From NCBI GenBank assembly GCA_949297125.1, contig CASFRS010000027.1, forward strand, positions 1,812 through 65,811: a stretch of DNA of 64,000 nucleotides, written 5' to 3'. This document shows positions 61,071 to 64,000 of this stretch, one piece after another. Origin of the DNA: an uncultured Bacteroidales bacterium (GTDB lineage Bacteria; Bacteroidota; Bacteroidia; Bacteroidales; G3-4614). Under the pieces are notes generated by a model that saw only the letters and a list, made by a program, of their open reading frames with translations, did not search any database and had not been told where the DNA came from. The translations under genes and the position numbers were made by a program. Numbering within the stretch: position 1 is the first letter of the stretch; each line of letters opens with the position of its first letter.

Positions 61071-62003
61071 TTATGGGAGTTTTTGTGCCATCATGTTAGC
61101 AAATGTTTTTCCTATGTAGTTTTCCCGCGAGAGACAGACTTCTTTTGAAAAGGCCGCGGCAATCCCGATTATTTCGTCCCAGAGACCGGCCTGCAAGGAG
61201 GGGAGCATGTCCCGCGTAATCCCGTTTTTTATCAAGGCGAAAATTATTCCGGCATTGAAATTGTCGCCTGCGCCTATCGTGCTTACGCACTCTGTCTTTT
61301 CTACCGGATAGTGCTTGTGGAAGTCGGGGGTATAGAGGTCTATCCCGTTTGCCCCGTCGGTGTATATCAGCGTTTTGCAATAGAAACTTATCTTGTCGCG
61401 GTAAACGTTGTCGGGATTGCTTTCTCCGAAAATATTCAGGAAGTCGTCTTTCGAGCCCCTGACTATGTCGGCGTATTCGAGGTTTTCCAGTATCGACGGC
61501 ATCATCAGGATGGCTTTCCCTGCATGCCCTTTCCTGAAGTTGGGGTCGTAAAACACAATGGTCTTGCGCTCTCTGGCATAATCGAGGAACTCGATGACCT
61601 TTTGCCTTACTTCCGGATTTACGGCGTAATACGAACTGAACAGGAATATGTCGTCGGGGTCGATGCGGGGCCATACGACGTTGAGCCTGTTTTCCGGATA
61701 TTTCCTGTAGAAAGTGTACTCTGCTTCATGCGCGTCGTTTAAAAATGCCACCGACAGGGCTGTCTGCCCGTCCGTAAACCTGTCCACGCTTTTTACCGAC
61801 AGGTTGTTTTCCTCCATGAATTCCAGAATCATCCTTCCTACGCGGTCATCGCCTATTTCCGAAATGAAGTGGGCTGGCACCCCTATCCTTCCCAGCGAAA
61901 TCATTGCGTTGAAGACCGAGCCTCCGGGAACGCCTTCAGCGTGCGCGGCATCGCGAAACACTATGTCGAAAAGCGTTTCTCCTATACCTATAACCTTTTG
62001 CAT
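61071..62003 (-). CDS. PfkB family carbohydrate kinase (fructokinase-like)
   Basis: GIGE, PGGSVFN, YDPNFR, STIGAGDNFNAG; ATG 62003. Confidence 0.9.
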   Translation of the reverse strand: MQKVIGIGETLFDIVFRDAAHAEGVPGGSVFNAMISLGRIGVPAHFISEIGDDRVGRMILEFMEENNLSVKSVDRFTDGQTALSVAFLNDAHEAEYTFYRKYPENRLNVVWPRIDPDDIFLFSSYYAVNPEVRQKVIEFLDYARERKTIVFYDPNFRKGHAGKAILMMPSILENLEYADIVRGSKDDFLNIFGESNPDNVYRDKISFYCKTLIYTDGANGIDLYTPDFHKHYPVEKTECVSTIGAGDNFNAGIIFALIKNGITRDMLPSLQAGLWDEIIGIAAAFSKEVCLSRENYIGKTFANMMAQKLP

Positions 62004-62023
62004 AAAACGCGGCGTTGAAGATG

Positions 62024-62638
62024 TTATTCCTTTATGCTGCCTTCGCGGGAGAGTTGCCCGAGATACCCTCCGTGATGCCGCAGCGCGTATTGCGATTTGT
62101 CGAAACCAATCGCTTTCATGGTCCCTACGACAAGGATGTCCCCTATGACGGTCATCATAGTGGTCGATGTGGTGGGGGTCAGTCCGAGCGGGCAAACTTC
62201 TTTGGGGCCGCCGGTATAAAGGCATATATCTGCGCTTTGGGCCAGCAGGCTCTCCGCATTCCCGGTTATGACTATGAATTTGAGTTCGGGGTACAGGCGC
62301 GAGGCAAGCGTCATAAGTTCGAGAATTTCCCTTGTCTTGCCTGAGTTGGAGATTACCAGCATCACATCGTTGCGCTGGAGGACGCCGAGGTCTCCGTGCT
62401 GCGCTTCGCTCGGGTGCAGGAATGTTGCCGGAGTTCCGGTAGAACAGAAAGTCGTGGCAATGTTCATTGCAATCTGTCCGGCTTTGCCCATGCCGCTGGT
62501 AACGAGTTTGCCTCCTTTGCGGTGAACCTGTTCCACTATAAGTCCGATAGCTTTCTCGAATTCGTCGTTTACGGGTATATTCAGAACGGCTTCAGCTTCA
62601 TGCTTTAAAATTCCGTTTATTTCATCCTTGAAATCCAT
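62024..62638 (-). CDS. kdsD: SIS-domain arabinose-5-phosphate isomerase (KdsD-like, no CBS)
   Basis: GMGKAGQIA, HPSEAQHGDLG, SNSGKT, PTTSTT, HHGGYLG. Confidence 0.8.
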   Translation of the reverse strand: MDFKDEINGILKHEAEAVLNIPVNDEFEKAIGLIVEQVHRKGGKLVTSGMGKAGQIAMNIATTFCSTGTPATFLHPSEAQHGDLGVLQRNDVMLVISNSGKTREILELMTLASRLYPELKFIVITGNAESLLAQSADICLYTGGPKEVCPLGLTPTTSTTMMTVIGDILVVGTMKAIGFDKSQYALRHHGGYLGQLSREGSIKE

Positions 62639-62647
62639 TTTTGACAA

Positions 62648-63190
62648 TTATTTATTTTCCAAATATTCAATGCAATGCTCCACCGAAGGGAATATCTTAT
62701 AATAATTAAGATACGAATCGGGGGCAAAACGCTGCTTCATCAGTTTTTTCAAAAGCGAGTCAAGGTCATCGAACACCCCTGCCGTATTACAGAAAACCAC
62801 CTCCTTGCTGTGATACCCGAGACGGCGCGAGGCGATTGCCGTAAAGGCTTCGTCAAGCGTGCCGAACCCGCCGGGCATTGCAATCAGTACGTCCGACATC
62901 CTTATAATTGTCTCTTTCCTTTCGGACAACGATGCCACGGTAACCGTTTCATCTGAGAAACTGCTTGTGAATCCTGCCTTCGCAAGCGATTCGGGGACAA
63001 CGCCCGAAACCTTGCCTCCGTTTATTTTTGCGGCGCGGGCTATGTGCTCCATCAGACCGTGCGATGTCCCTCCGAAAACAAGCCGCCGCCCGGTCTTGCC
63101 GATCCATTCGCCGAGTTTGGCCCCCTCATCGAAGAAAACGGTGTCGATATTGTCGTAAGAAGAGCAGAATACCCCGATATTCCGAATCAT
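62648..63190 (-). CDS. LOG family protein (TIGR00730-like)
   Basis: IGVFCSS, GLM, ERK, PGGFGTLDE. Confidence 0.88.
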   Translation of the reverse strand: MIRNIGVFCSSYDNIDTVFFDEGAKLGEWIGKTGRRLVFGGTSHGLMEHIARAAKINGGKVSGVVPESLAKAGFTSSFSDETVTVASLSERKETIIRMSDVLIAMPGGFGTLDEAFTAIASRRLGYHSKEVVFCNTAGVFDDLDSLLKKLMKQRFAPDSYLNYYKIFPSVEHCIEYLENK

Positions 63191-63421
63191 ATCCCAAACA
63201 AAAAACAACAAGCGAAGATATAATATTTTATCCGGATAACCTAAATTTGTCCGCACATTCTTTCGCCCTTCCACGGGGGCGGGTCCTTGTTCCTTCCGGT
63301 ACGTCCGGGCGAATCGCGTGAGGCGGTGTGGCGGTCGTTTCGGCGCAGTTTGTCCGTCCGGTTACGGGAGGAGGGGAAATAACCCGGCAATGAAAATTTG
63401 ACAGACAAGCATTTATACGAC

Positions 63422-63796
63422 ATGTTACGGAAAGATTATCTGTTGGCGCAAATAGAAGAACTGGCGAAGAAGTTTTCCCGGCTGATAGAAAAGAAGGAGG
63501 CGAATGAACCCGGCATATTGCCGGTTGCCGACGAATGTTACGGGATGCTCGGCGTCTCATCCGCGTGGTTAAAGGAGTCGGAAACTGAAGAGATAATCTC
63601 CCGCATAGGGATATGGGAACTGTTGGAGCTGCTGGTAAATATAATGCTTGAGGACGGACGCCTCAACACAGACCTCCGCAGCATGCAGAAAGCGCAGGAA
63701 ATACTATTCTATGTACAGGAAATGGACCGTACCTATTCAATGGAAAGGGTGATGACCGAAGGGCGTTTGGAGGAGATTCTTAAAACCCTGCAATAA
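63422..63796 (+). CDS. Hypothetical helical protein
   Basis: 124-aa ATG ORF (MLRKDYLLAQIEEL...) divergent from the LOG gene. Confidence 0.7.
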   Translation: MLRKDYLLAQIEELAKKFSRLIEKKEANEPGILPVADECYGMLGVSSAWLKESETEEIISRIGIWELLELLVNIMLEDGRLNTDLRSMQKAQEILFYVQEMDRTYSMERVMTEGRLEEILKTLQ

Positions 63797-63933
63797 ATGC
63801 TGCATCCGGCCGGCGGAACAAAATACACGGGCCCGCTCTCTGCAGATTGATTACTCCATATTGCATTTGTGCACAAAAAGGTGCGGCAGCGTATTAAAAA
63901 TGACAAAAAAATAACCGTATAAGTGGAAATTTG

Positions 63934-63965
63934 TTTGCCAACAACCGTATTTATAAGTACCTTTG
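63934..63965 (+). promoter_or_regulatory. Full sigmaA promoter TTTG-N20-TACCTTTG
   Basis: -33 box 63934-63937 and -7 box 63958-63965. Confidence 0.75.
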
Positions 63966-63983
63966 TCGGTCGAAAGCGAAACG

Positions 63984-64000
63984 GCGAAGGTGGAGTAATT
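63984..64000 (+). tRNA. Possible 5' end of a tRNA (Leu-like), cut by window edge
   Basis: GCGAAGG-TG-GAGT-AATT fits acceptor stem, U8 and D-arm start right after a strong promoter; only 17 nt visible. Confidence 0.35.

Overview
This is a core-genome segment of a gut Bacteroidales chromosome. The evidence is TAnnTTTG promoters and the T9SS genes porW/porX, which point to a T9SS-bearing lineage rather than typical Bacteroides. About 55 genes are present, mostly housekeeping: murF-alr, pabBC, mtaB, fadD, tRNA-Ser(GGA), thrA-apgM-thrC, pnp, hpt-adk-obgE, nnr-aroA-porW-porX-tsaE, a complete glucuronate operon, and a metG-wzx-glycosyltransferase locus. Small accessory patches are two hypotheticals at 7-9 kb and a fucosidase plus BspA-like LRR protein at 12-16 kb. 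I saw no integrase, transposase, CRISPR array or prophage. The most interesting signals are non-coding or sub-60-aa. They are (1) a Thr-codon leader peptide whose stop lies in the loop of a terminator upstream of thrA, (2) an 80-bp tandem module directly above it that rebuilds a full consensus promoter in each copy, (3) a 59-aa lipoprotein missed by the ORF track with four O-glycosylation sequons, (4) a duplicated palindromic operator plus an orphan promoter-terminator unit upstream of the LRR gene, (5) a structured leader/uORF before a winged-helix gene, (6) a frameshifted AlkD-like gene and (7) a probable pseudophosphatase lipoprotein. All calls come from reading the sequence; no database searches were run.
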